64,000 bases of DNA from Eledone cirrhosa (Eukaryota). This document shows, piece after piece, positions 35,101 to 46,365 of the stretch. Under the pieces are notes generated by a model. It was given only the letters and a program-made list of their open reading frames with translations. It ran no database searches and was not told the origin of the DNA. The position numbers and the translations under genes were made by a program. Within the stretch, counting starts at the first letter, position 1. Each line of letters starts with the position of its first letter. Location: the NCBI GenBank assembly GCA_964016885.1, contig OZ024753.1, positions 25,730,001 to 25,794,000 on the forward strand, in the 5' to 3' direction.

Positions 35101-35536
35101 TGTCTGCTTCGGGTGGTTCCTCCGTTCTCAGGACCTCTTCACCTTCATTTCCCACTGGCTCGCTTGTCTGGCATACTACACCCGCCATCTCCAAGCTATT
35201 CTCTCTGCTCAGTTCCTCCAGTTCCAGCTCGCTTATCCACCCATTAGTTCTTATTACCCGAGCCTGCCCGGCCAATTTTTGTTCATCTAATTTAAATAAA
35301 CCAATCTCGTTCCAGATGTTATGCATCCGTCTCCTGTAGCCCCTCTCCTTGGGGTTACTTTTCAGGTAACATTGCATAACAGTTCTATTTAATTCTTTCG
35401 TCCAGTTGGTTCTGGCCCCTTTCCTTCTTCTCCTTCCTCCAACATCAGCAGTATTTGGTTGACAGTCAGGTTCCTGCTGCTGAGCCAGGGGGCACCTGTT
35501 GGGTGAGAGTCTGTCACATGACGTTCTAGTCTCCAT
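32144..35536 (-). CDS. Dong/R4-clade retrotransposon ORF (RT + CCHC + restriction-like endonuclease), 1130 aa, intact
   Basis: [66 protein letters not shown] and KINRY. Confidence 0.95.
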   Translation of the reverse strand: METRTSCDRLSPNRCPLAQQQEPDCQPNTADVGGRRRRKGARTNWTKELNRTVMQCYLKSNPKERGYRRRMHNIWNEIGLFKLDEQKLAGQARVIRTNGWISELELEELSRENSLEMAGVVCQTSEPVGNEGEEVLRTEEPPEADNDLNTEINNTWNRDTATEEMNADGLGQDSVDILNLVVDELNNDSGRPMNLRFVDRKKLKETTAKVNKVIPYLEARSLHQCNNILKATANTVRKLLGIKARGNNRQERAEPWWKKRLSGQIGEMRNDIGKLESLLNGTLKNIGTKNRLEIKYKTRRKKLNITIEELKQRIVAKSAKIRRYENRVSQYKQNRMFDNNQKMLFGQLEGKERGNDLIPGAEQTKTFWRGIWEQDVRHNVQAEWIETVQREIGEQAQQQTDLSITVETLKGQAKKLTNWKSPGPDGVQGYWIKHLTSLHPKLTAMFNDCLVSGEVPEWLTKGTTVLIMKDRIKGNDVTNYRPITCLSVMWKLLTSIVSEEIYHHLHTNNLLPDEQKGCRKKSRGTKDQLLIDKMVMGNCRRRHTDLAMGWIDYRKAFDMVPHSWITKSLEIFRVADNIRQLLGRSMGSWETELTSTGVSLGSVKIKRGIFQGDSLSPLLFVLALMPLTIMLRKVRAGYKLGRGELTINHLLFMDDLKLFGKSEKELDVLVDTVRIFSSDICMQFGIGKCGVIVMRRGRLSRSNGIQILTGEMIKEIDSEEGYKYLGVLEADGIKNKKMKELLRTEYIRRVRSVLKSHLNSRNAISAVNSRAVSIIRYSAGILRWNVAEQKEMDRKTRKLLTIYNMFHKRSDVDRLYLRRSGGGRGLISIEDCVQMEKNNLYKYVTYSKEPMLRTVLKEGTVGQGMSKEEITSRRKSSLKGKSLHSTFFEKTEFRDPQTWNWLRRGDLKKATEGMLMAAQEQALKTKWLKHHIYKEEASPLCRICGEREETVAHIVSKCKHLAQTHYKGWRHDVMGRVIHWHLCKVNNLPHSEKWYEHRPEAVMENDQVKVLWDFRIQTDKKLEHNRPDLVVVDKEKRSCLIVDVACPFDTRVQEKEREKINRYQDLKWEVKRIWNCHEVKVIPIVIGALGTISKSFQGWLKKIGPFTLFGTLQKACLLGTARTLRYVLNI

Positions 35537-36649
35537 TTCACCGTTATTCGAACTGTTTATGTTCGATATTTAAACACTCTTATCGAGGATTGGCGAATGT
35601 ATGGTTACATAGCCATCTGTGGATCCGCCATTCCACTTGGCCCTTGTGCGGCATTATCACCACGCTGTATACGAACACACATAAACAAACAAACACACAG
35701 GCAGAAAGGGCCCCAAAAATGAATAAGCATAAGTTTCATTGTAATGTAGTGTTCGAATGTCTGACTTAGTTTTTGTTTTTTAAGTTTTAGTTTTTCTCCC
35801 CTCTTCTCTGTCCGTCCGCCTGCTTCTCTCTTCATTCTTATTTTCTTTACGCTTTTTTTGTTTTTTTTTTTTTGTTTTTGTTTTGGTTTTTCTCTGTTTG
35901 TTTTTCTCATTTTTTGCTGTTGTTGCTGTGCTGCTTTGGTTTTGTTGTTTGTTTTTTCTTTTTTCTTTTGAGTCTATCTATATATTTTGATGCCTTCCTC
36001 TTTTTTAGCAGTAGGGATTCTATAATGTGGTGGCAGCAGCCAGCTGAAAGAAGTGGGTGACTGGCGGCGGTAGCGATACTGAGACAGTGGTGGTGGTGAT
36101 GTCGATACCGAGGCAGTGGTGGCGGTGATGTGACCGTATTACTGTAGTGATGGTGCTGTAGCGGTGGTAGCAGTGAAGGAGTGAAGGGGTGGTGGCGGCG
36201 GTGATGGGATAATGGTGGTAATGATGGCCGTAGTGAGCGGTGGTGGTGAAAATGCCGTTATCTGGCTGTTGTGTTTAGTGTACACAGGTGATGGGGTGGG
36301 TGGTGTATCTAGTTTCTGGTGTTGGTGAGTTTGGCTGTTCTATATAGTGTAGACAGAGGAGAGGAGGGGGGGTTCTTCTTCCATTTATAGCCATTTTCTT
36401 TTTTGGATATACAGTGTACAATACAAAGTTGAATATTTGAATATTTGAGCCTTATAACAATATATTTGGGGTCCGAATTTTTTTTGGGCTCAAGCCGGGT
36501 GCTTTACGTAGCATTTGTACTAAGAGTTGTTATTTCACAAATGATTTAAATATGTTAAAAATTCAAACCTTACGGGAGCGATTTCATGACCTCCGCCACC
36601 TCGTGCGTCTTCTTCCCTAATTATTATTATTATTATTATTGTTGTTGTT

Positions 36650-38630
36650 ATTCCTTGAATCTCAGTCATTGATGTTGGTTAACTGGAAAGTCCGTTGGAT
36701 TGAATATCAAGCCACTACCTGCAGCCTCAGATATTCAGGACGTATCGGAGGGTTCTTGCTGTTCCAAGCAAGCATGCCTTTTGAAGCGTTCCAAAAAGCG
36801 TGAAGGGGCCGATTTTCTTTAACCATCCCTGGAAACCTTTGGAGATAGTCCCCAGTGCGCCTATGACAATCGGGATCACTTTGACTTCATGGCAGTTCCA
36901 AATCCTTTTCACCTCCCACTTTAGGTCCTGGTATCGGTTAATTTTCTCCCTCTCCTTCTCTTGCACTCTCGTGTCGAACGGGCAGGCCACATCCACAATC
37001 AGGCATGATCTTTTTTCTTTGTCCACAACCACCAGGTCAGGTCTATTGTGTTCCAGTTTTTTGTCCGTCTGTATCCTAAAATCCCACAGCACCTTCACCT
37101 GACTGTTCTCCATCACCGCCTCTGGCCTATGCTCATACCATTTCTCAGAATGTGGTAGATTGTTTACTTTGCACAGGTGCCAGTGGATCACCCTGCCCAT
37201 CACATCGTGTCTCCAGCTCTTATAGTGGGTCTGGGCTAGGTGTTTACACTCGGACACAATGTGAACCACAGTCTCCTCTCTCTCTACACAGATCCTGCAC
37301 AGTGGGCTAGCCTCCTCCTTGTAGATATGGTGCTTCAACCACTTCGTTTTGAGGGCCTGCTCCTGCGCAGCCATTAGCATTCCTTCTGTAGCCTTTTTGA
37401 GGTCTCCTCTTCTCAACCAGTTCCATGTCTGTGGATCTCTAAATTCAGTTTTCTCAAAGAAGGTACTATGAAGGGATTTTCCCTTAAGGCTGCTCTTCCT
37501 CCTTGATGTTATTTTCTCCTTGGATATCCCCTGGCCTACTGTCCCCTCCTTCAGTACAGCTCTGAGCATTGGCTCCTTACTATAGGTCACGTATTTGTAT
37601 AGGTTGTTTTTCTCCATCTGAACACAGTCCTCTATGCTGATAAGACCTCTTCCACCCCCAGATCTCCTTAGGTAGAGTCTATCGACATCACTCCTCTTGT
37701 GGAACATGTTGTAGATAGTCAATAGCTTCCTAGTCTTCCTATCCATTTCTTTTTGTTCAGCAACATTCCATCTCAGAATTCCCGCACTGTACCTAATAAT
37801 AGACACAGCTCGGGAATTTACTGCGCTTATGGCATTTCTGCTGTTCAGATGTGACTTCAATACGCTCCTTACTCTCCGAATGTATTCAGTTCTTAACAAT
37901 TCCTTCATTTTTTTGTTCTTTATGCCATCAGCCTCCAGAACGCCCAAATACTTGTATCCTTCCTCAGAGTCAATTTCCTTTATCATCTCACTTGTTGGTA
38001 TCTGGATCCCGTTACTTCTGCTCAACCTACCCCTCTTCATCACAATGACTCCACATTTACCAATACCAAACTGCATACATATATCACTGCTGAAAATACG
38101 GACAGTGTCAACAAGCACATCCAACTCCTTCTCACTTTTCCCGAAGAGCTTAAGATCGTCCATGAAGAGGAGGTGATTGATGGTAAGCTCTCCCCTTCCC
38201 AACTTGTATCCTGCTCTCACTTTTCGCAGCATAATGGTCAAGGGCATCAGGGCAAGGACAAACAACAGAGGGGACAGGCTATCTCCCTGGAAGATACCTC
38301 TCTTGATCTTCACGCTTCCCAAGGATACTCCAGTTGATGTCAACTCTGTCTCCCAGGACCCCATACTCCTGCCCAGCAACTGTCTGATGTTATCTGCCAC
38401 CCTGAAGATCTCCAGGCTTTTGGTGATCCAGGAATGAGGCACCATGTCAAATGCCTTTCTGTAGTCTATCCATCCCATGGCAAGATCAGTGTGTCTCCTC
38501 CTGCAATTCCCCATTACCATCTTATCAATAAGCAACTGGTCCTTTGTACCACGTGACTTCTTTCGGCATCCTTTCTGTTCGTCCGGTAACAAGTTGTTTG
38601 TGTGGAGGTGATGGTAGATTTCCTCAGACA

Positions 38631-38631
<1 letters not shown>
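36650..38631 (-). mobile_element. Dong/R4 5'-truncated copy, near-identical to 32070-34048
   Basis: Same protein from VSEEIYHH to the stop with few substitutions. The 5' junction is in (TTA)n. Confidence 0.95.
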
Positions 38632-38723
<92 letters not shown>

Positions 38724-38740
38724 CACTATATATATATATA

Positions 38741-38916
38741 CGAGGGTATACTGAAACGTCCATAGGCTGACTATGAAGGATTCATGCTAGAGCCGTGAAA
38801 TCTTCTAATTAATAACTGCATTGTTTCTTTGCAGGGATTATGTTGAAAATTAAACCTCATTTGGTCATTCCATGAGAGTATCTTGGCTCAGTTATGAAGT
38901 TTCCCACCTACCCTCG
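38741..38916. mobile_element. Possible mariner-derived MITE
   Basis: TA|CGAGGGTA...TACCCTCG imperfect terminal inverted repeats resembling mariner ends. Confidence 0.45.
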
Positions 38917-40262
38917 CGAGCCTTGCGAGTAAACAAAAAATGGTGAGACGGAAACTATGGAAGCCCATTGGTTGGATTGTACATGTATTTGAAAAGTACA
39001 GTTTTATAACATGTGTCATTCAGTTTGGGAATTACATTAAAAGTACACGTGTCTGTGGAACATTCCCTTACATGTTCACGAATGTTTAATTGATTGAACC
39101 AGTTAGTGAATGCTCAGTGTCGACAGAATAATCCATAAAGTGAGGATTTGAAGCTGTTTTGTCCCTTAAATGTTCCTTCCAGAAATTACTGGAATATCCA
39201 GACGCCCTGGAAACCGAACTGATATCCGCTTTAACCAATCAGCTCGTTTCAAAATTAATTATTGTAATAAAAGACCGATAGTTTCAAAAAGCCAGTACAA
39301 TGCGGTAGAAAGGCAAATGATGACAAATAAAACAAAACAAAGCAATGTTTTTCTCAGTGTATTTCAACATGATATTTCGGAGCTAAACCTTCTTTTCACA
39401 ACGCTTCGTATTAACTACACTACTTAATTCACTGTAATAAGCCATGTTTTAAAAAATGCGAAGAGAAAGGGCAGTTAGACGGTTTTCATTTCTATGTCGG
39501 CCCTATATTTAAGTAGACGTAATCCGTCATTTAGTATCACACCACTACTCGGATTTGGGATGATTTAGGTAGAGTCACCCATTAGCAAGCCAGGTCGCCG
39601 ATCTGAGGTAAACCTTCTTTCTATCCATCAAACCAGGGGGACTCTTAAAAGGGACACAAGCGCTGTCCCCTTTCATCGTCTACTTAAGTCGTGAAGATAG
39701 AATAAGAAAAGAATACGAACGGAATTCTGAACATAAATTTAAATCTTTCTCTCCACCAAAATGAAGGAGTCTTAAAAATGTAAAAAGTGCAATCCTCTCA
39801 TCTCATCTGTTTCAGTCGTAAAGAAAGTAGAAAGACAAAAACTTTAAGGAAGTTTATTCATGAATTTAAAGCAATTAATAGGTTTGACAATGGTATGTAT
39901 GAACGTGGCACCATTTATTTTATTTCTCTCTCGAGAGAGCAGAATGTAATAGTAAATGTTATAAAGTATTCCATTTGCAGCGACCAACTCGAGTTTGAGT
40001 GACAAATATATGAATAAATAAATAAATGAATAAATAAATGTCAACAGAGATATCAATTGTTGGATAATGTTAATGGAATGTTCTAGTCAACTTGAGAGTA
40101 TTTCAGAAGGCACACGTATACACATTTACATACACTTACCTACACACACACATATATATATATATTTATATATACATATATATACACATACAAACATAAA
40201 ATATATTTTACTAAAGAAAAAAGAGATCGATGCAGACCACCACCTTGGATTTTGTTTTTACT

Positions 40263-40323
<61 letters not shown>

Positions 40324-40485
40324 GAGAGAACGAGAGAGAGAGAGAAACAGAGAGAGAGAGAGAGAGAGAGGGAGATTGGGAGTTACCAGATTAGCAAGCG
40401 CATATAGTTGGAAAGTTGAATGGTTAAAAATTAATGTCGGGTTAAACGAAAGCAAAGAAAAAGGAAAACAATGTGGAAGTTGTGA

Positions 40486-40801
40486 TCTATCTATATATCT
40501 AAAACAGAGAATGTCTGTTTGTCTGTCTGACTCCCTAAAACTCGAGAACCACCCAACCGATTGTTTTCAAACTTTACACATGTAATACTTATGGTCCTGT
40601 GAGTGTTTTGAGAAAAAAATATTTCAAATGTACAATGCCATAGGGACCGCATTAGACGATTTAGTGATCTCTCTCTATAATTCTTAGTCTTTCTTTTTAT
40701 ATAGAGACATAGATATAACGTTGCGCCCTTATAATATCTGTCTGTATGTCTGCATTACGACATTATGACGATGTGTGTGTGTATATATGTATATATATAG
40801 T

Positions 40802-40847
<46 letters not shown>

Positions 40848-41122
40848 TGTGTAACGTTTTTCGAAATATTTACTTCTGCGTTCACAGATTGATTTTTTTT
40901 AGTTTCAGAAGATCCCGTTAAGGGTGAAAGCAGCGATTCTTTGCTTAAACTTTAATCTGTTATTTTAATATATATATATATTCGTGTACAGATATTTTTG
41001 CATACACAATAACAAAATATAAACAAACGTATTTATTTCACGAGCCTCGATAAGGATAAATATATATCAAATATATAAGAACCCTAGAGCAAATCCCGAG
41101 CAACGCCGGACCATTCTGCTAG
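40486..41122 (+). mobile_element. Non-autonomous Helitron
   Basis: A|TCTATCTATATATCTAAAAC...tgtctgtctg 5' end. 3' hairpin cccgagcaacgccgg then CTAG|T. Confidence 0.8.
40901..40951 (+). ncRNA. Hammerhead-like motif (U4A core variant)
   Basis: AGTTT-CAGAAGA-TCCC gttaa GGGT-GAAA-GCA gcgattctt TGC-TT-AAACT. Confidence 0.55.
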
Positions 41123-41134
41123 TATATATATATA

Positions 41135-42120
41135 ATTCGTTTTTGTATTTGTTTTGTAAGATTTCTTATCTGAAAACCTGTGTTGAAACACATATTGTTA
41201 TACTTTGGGAGGGTTATGTTGCCAATACAAACACACGCACCTCTCGGTTTTCACTTCAATGTATTATAAGTTTACGGTTGGTTGGTTGGTTCGATAACCG
41301 GAAGGTTGTTTATATATTGTCAAAGCTTTTTCGTCACACATTCTGTGATCACCTCAGTGACTAGGTTTTTATTTTGTTTGTCTCTCCTTTGTTTTGTTCT
41401 ATACCATCTTCTTTTTGTGTGTTGTGGGCTCAATTTGCGCATGCGTTACATCCATGTGTGTGTGTGTTTTTATTTATTTATTTATGTTATTTACTTGTCA
41501 CTAGTTCGTTGTTTGTTCTATGTGTGTGTCTGATTTGTTTTGTTAGTTTGGTTTTTGTGCGTGTCTGTATGTCTTCATTTTGTCCTTAATTACTAGTTGT
41601 GATGTTGCTATTCCACTCATGTTTTCTGTTTAATTTTGGTTGGAGTTCCTTTATATTTGTCGCCTCTGTGATTTGCCTGAGCATTGCATCTTTTCTGTGT
41701 GTAGATATAATTTGTATCTCTATGTTCTCTAATGTGCCCCTATGTTCTATTTTGGCATGTTGGTGGAGTACTGATGAATTTTCCCTATCCTGGAATTTTC
41801 GCCAAGGTTTACTTATCCTTTCTCCTATGCTACGGGCTGTGTCACCTATGTAATTTATATTCTTATTCCTACACTGTCGCTCAGTACATCTTATGCTATA
41901 TATTACGTTCCTAGTTTTGCAGTTATTTTTTATGCTTAGCTTGCAGACTATGCATTTCCTATCACACAGTGGGATCTTTTAAATGGGTGTGTTTCACTAA
42001 TTAGGGTTTTTATGGAATACCTGGTCTTTCAACTATCTTAATATTTAATTTGAACTTGTCTAGAGCCCTTCTAAATCTATAAGCTCGTTCGCTTCTAAGA
42101 GTTGTATTGACGAACATTTC
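41135..42120 (-). mobile_element. PLE GIY-YIG 3' remnant related to the 21657-25068 element
   Basis: MFVNTT...KLNIKIVERPG parallels MFVDATPG...KINVVEKPG, and the 3' non-coding region is similar. Confidence 0.8.
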
Positions 42121-45100
42121 TCTTCTTGGTTGTCCATCGTAAACGATGATGACATCTTCATTGTTGTATCCGTCTGCTGTGGGCACGAAGGTCGCTGTGG
42201 AAGCCGATCCTTGACTTGCAGGTTCGGGGACAGTGGGGGCAGGGGAAGAGACCGGAGTCGCTTGGGGCAGCTGTTGATGCTTTTCTCCTCCTATCACGGG
42301 CCTCAGTGACTTCTGCCCGTCTCTTCTCTTCAAAAGAGTCTTTGGCGCGTCTGGTAAGGGCTCGCAACTCTGTCCTGTCCTGAGCATGGGACTCGAGTTG
42401 TTTTGGGGCGATTCCAGTGTTGTTGATGCTGGACTTCACACAGTCTTTGAACCTCTTGAGAGGCCTGCCCCACTTTCGTTTCCCTGAACAGAGTTCCCCA
42501 TACATCAATTGCTTCGGAAGCCTGTGATCGTCCATCCGGATGACATGTCCCACCCATCGAAGTTGGCTCTTCAGTATCATAGGTTCGACACTGGTTGTCT
42601 CAGCCATGTCAAGTACTTCGAGGTTGGAGAAATTGTCCTGCCATTTGATGTCCATTATTGACCGCAGGCTGCGCATGTGGAACAGTTCCAAGTGCTTCAG
42701 GTGCCTTCTGTACAGGGTCCATGTCTCACATCCGTAGAGGAGGTTGCTGAGAACACCTTGAGCTTGGTGGACTGCCTGATGTTGTGCTGGTTCAGGAAGC
42801 GTGTTCTCAGGCGGCCAAGAGCTTGACTGGCCTTGCAGATCCTGGCGTTTATCTCCTTGTCGAGGCTTACATCGCTGTTGATGACACTGCCGAGGTACTT
42901 GTAGTCGTCCACCGTCTTTAGATGGGTGCCTCCGATGGAGATGGAAGGAGGGTGGGCGACGGAGGCAGGTGCAGGCTGGAACATGACCTCAGTCTTGCCA
43001 AGGCTAATTGTGAGACCGAAGAGGCAGGAGGCCTCCACGAACTTGTTGACTCCCTGTGGGCCATGAGGGCACAGTCGTCAGCAAAAGTGCCTCCAGGACG
43101 ATCCTCTGCATGGTCCTTGTCTTGGCCGTCAGGCGCCGCAGGTGAAACAGGGAGCCGTCCAGTCTGTATCGCAGATAAACTCCGTGCTCGAGGTCCCTGA
43201 CGGCATGATTGAGCACGCAGGTGAAGAACAGGTTGAAGCGGACGGGAGCCAGCACGCTTCCTTACTTGATGCTGTTGGTGATTCCGAACGGCTCCGATGC
43301 CTCTCCGCACGAGCGCACCTTCCCGGTAATGTCATCACGGAATTGCCGTATCAGGTTCACGAACTTGGTCGGGCATCCAAACTTCGACAGGATCGACCAG
43401 AAGGCCTCCCTGTTGACAGTGTCGAAGGCCTTCGTCAAGTCTATGAAGGCGGCAAAGAGGTCCATGATCTGCTCGACAAACTTCTCCTGCACATGGCGTA
43501 CAGAGAAGATCATGTCGATCGTGCTGCGGTTTGGGCAGAACCCACACTGGGCCTCAGGCAGTTTGTCCTCCGAGATGTTGGCGATGAGGCGGTTGAGTAT
43601 GACCCGAGCCAGGACCTTCCCAGCGATGGACAGGAGAGAGATGCCCCGATAATTTCCACAGTCAGTTTTGCTGCCTTTTTTCTTAAAAAGCGAGACAACT
43701 GTGGTATCTCTGAAGTCTTTGGGCACATCTTCTTTCTTCCATATGCTGGCGAGGAGAGTGTGGAAGGCCCTCAGGGCTGCTGAACCGGCCGACTTGAAGA
43801 TCTCGGCAGGAATCCCGTCCTTCCCAGGGGCCTTTCCTGAGCTGGAGGGTTGATTGACTTCGTGACTTCATTCAACGAGGCTGCCGACTACGGATTTCTG
43901 TGGGACCTGGTCGAGGCAGGCAGGGTCGACAGTGGAGGGCCTGTTGAGCAGGTTACTGAAGTGCTCTCTCCACCTAGAGCAGATGCTGCTCTTCTCCTTC
44001 AGCAGGGTCGAGTCGTCTGCAGACAAGAGCGGTGTGGTGACAGGCTTGGGTGTTCCGTAGACGTGCCCGATGGCGCTGAAGAACATCTTGGAGTTCTTTG
44101 TGTCAGCGTATCTCTCGACTTCTTCGGCCTTCTTTCCTCACCACTTGTCCTGTATTCTGTGTAGCGCTGCTTGGGTCTGCCTCTGGAGGTGCTTGAAGCG
44201 GTCGCGCTTCGAGGTGGAGGAGCTGTCATTCTGCCACTCAATGAAAGCCCTCCTCTTCTCGCCCAAGAGTTGTCTGATGCGTTCATCGTTTTCATCAAAC
44301 CAGTCATTGTGGACTCTCTTCCTCGGCCCGATGGTTGCCTTGGCCGAATCTGTCACCAGCGACCTGAACTGGTCCCACTGTTGAGTTGGGGGTCCGGTCA
44401 GTGGTCCATGGGCAGTCAGCCGGCCGTCCAGGTCTTCCGCGAACGCATTACGATGCTCTCGCTGCTTGAGCCGGGCGACGTCGAAAGCTGGCCTTTCGGA
44501 GTCTTGCGATGAGTCGAGGTGATGTGCAGTAACAGGATGTGCAGTGACAGGATAGTCCTGACAAGGCGATGGTCGGTCCAACACTCTGCACCACGCATGT
44601 CCCTGTGATTCTGACGTCACGGATGTCCCTCCTGCGGCATATGGCAAAGTCAATCAGATGCCACTGTTTGGATCTGGCGTGCATCCATGTCGTCTTGAAC
44701 TTGTCTGCCTGGCGGAACCGTGTGCTGGTGATGGTGAGGTCGTTCTCGGCGCAGAAACTCAACAGTATGAGGCCATTAGAGTTCAGCTTCCCTGTACCGT
44801 GAGGTCCCAGCACGCCTCTCCAGTTGCTGCTGTCAGACCCGACTCTTGCGTTGAAGTCCCACAGTAGGATGAGTTTATCGCTTGGGGGGACGCCCTTGAC
44901 GAGTGGGTTGAGTTCCCATTAGAAAGCGTTCTTTGCTTCATCGTTGCTGTTGAGAGTGGGGGCATACGCGCTGATGACTGTGACATGCCGAGATGGGGCG
45001 AGGGGGAAGCGGAGCTTCATCAGCTGCTCACTCATAGGTGTTGGGAGGTCTGGTAGCTGCTTGCAGAGTGAAGTCCTGATGGGCAGGCCTACCTCGTGGA

Positions 45101-46070
45101 TTCTGTCCTCGTCCTTTGCATTGACCTTCCAGAAGGACGTGTAGCATCCTTTCGGTTCTGTTACTGGCCTCAAGGAGGTTTCCCTATCCATGAGGGTGTA
45201 CCCATTCCATGCGTCAAGAATCAAGTTCTTCTTTCTATTATTCTAGGTTTCGATCGCTTGGAGGGGTAAAATCGCCAGCCGCGGTAGACTGGTCGGCTTT
45301 GTGTGGGACGAGCATTTTGTTAGGGCTCCTTTTATCGCCCCTCCCCTCGTGCGAGGGTGAGCAGTGCTTCCCTGAAAATGACTGCTCAGTCGCCCGGTGG
45401 AACGCCTGATCTCCTCTGTCATCTCAGGATCAGGAGGAGAATGACTTGCGCATCCAGGCCGCCCACGTGTGGGTTTGAGACTGGCAACTCCCAGAGGTTA
45501 CCTCCACCTGTCATCTCCGTCTCTCGCCGATCGCCGCAGGGCTTTGGGAGTGCACGCTAAAGAGAAAACTGTGTGGGAAAGGTTTATAGTGGGAGGGCCA
45601 GTACACAGTGACGGCCCCATTCACTCGGCCGCAGAAACCAGAATCCGGTGCTACGGTGGACCGTCGTGACCAGGGACTTCCTTGGCTGCAGTGGATGGCC
45701 ACGACGTCTGTAGTGACTTGCCGTGCCCTAGCGTTCCACACCGCTTGCTCTCGCCGCCTTCGTGATCGTTGGGAGGATGTTGTCCTCCTCCACTCACTCC
45801 GCCGGGTCCTGTCTTCGCATGCAGGGGCAGGCATCCCCTATCTAACTAGCCAGGGAAGGTTTTAGGCCCGTCCGGCTACCCTCAACCTGGTTCGGCCCAC
45901 CAGCCAAAGCCGTTTACCGGGGTGTGGCCGCTGTCGCATGCTACAGCTTCTTGGGGCCACAGCTGAGAGCTGAGTGTCATGTGGGACCCAATGCAGGACG
46001 AGCTGTCCTGAAAAGAGCATGGCTATCCCCCCCTCTACAGAGGTAGTGCCCCTCCCTGACACTCCAGGCA
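42120..46070 (-). mobile_element. RTE-clade LINE, near full length, decayed by many frameshifts
   Basis: APE remnants (ISAYAPT, TWMHARSKQWHLID, CWTDHRL), RT remnants (GNYRGISLL, FIDLTKAFD, FADD, YKYLGS), QLRWVGHV, a C-terminal CPHC finger, a GC-rich 5' UTR and a short AAG tail. Confidence 0.92.
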
Positions 46071-46365
46071 TATACACACGCATATACATACACATACATA
46101 TGTACATGTGTATATACATATTTACACGTTTTGGGATGGCCGTTGACTGTAATGAGTTCTTCCGCCCTTTGTCAGGTTTTGTTTTTTGTCCTGCAGGGTG
46201 TCCAAAATAACCCTCCTCACCAAGTAAACTTGCTGGGGTTGCCAGTTTAGTCGCCGACGACCCGACCATGCGACAGGTTGTACTGGTTTACATGATACCA
46301 GTAGCACTCAAGAGTGACCTGACTAATTGACGAACATTACACTCTGGTATTTATTGCTATCATAG

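Noticed and set aside
36727-38763. 678-aa ORF with a poly-Asn N-terminus as a novel fusion protein
   Set aside because: The start and poly-Asn come from flanking (TAA)n read in frame with a 5'-truncated Dong copy.
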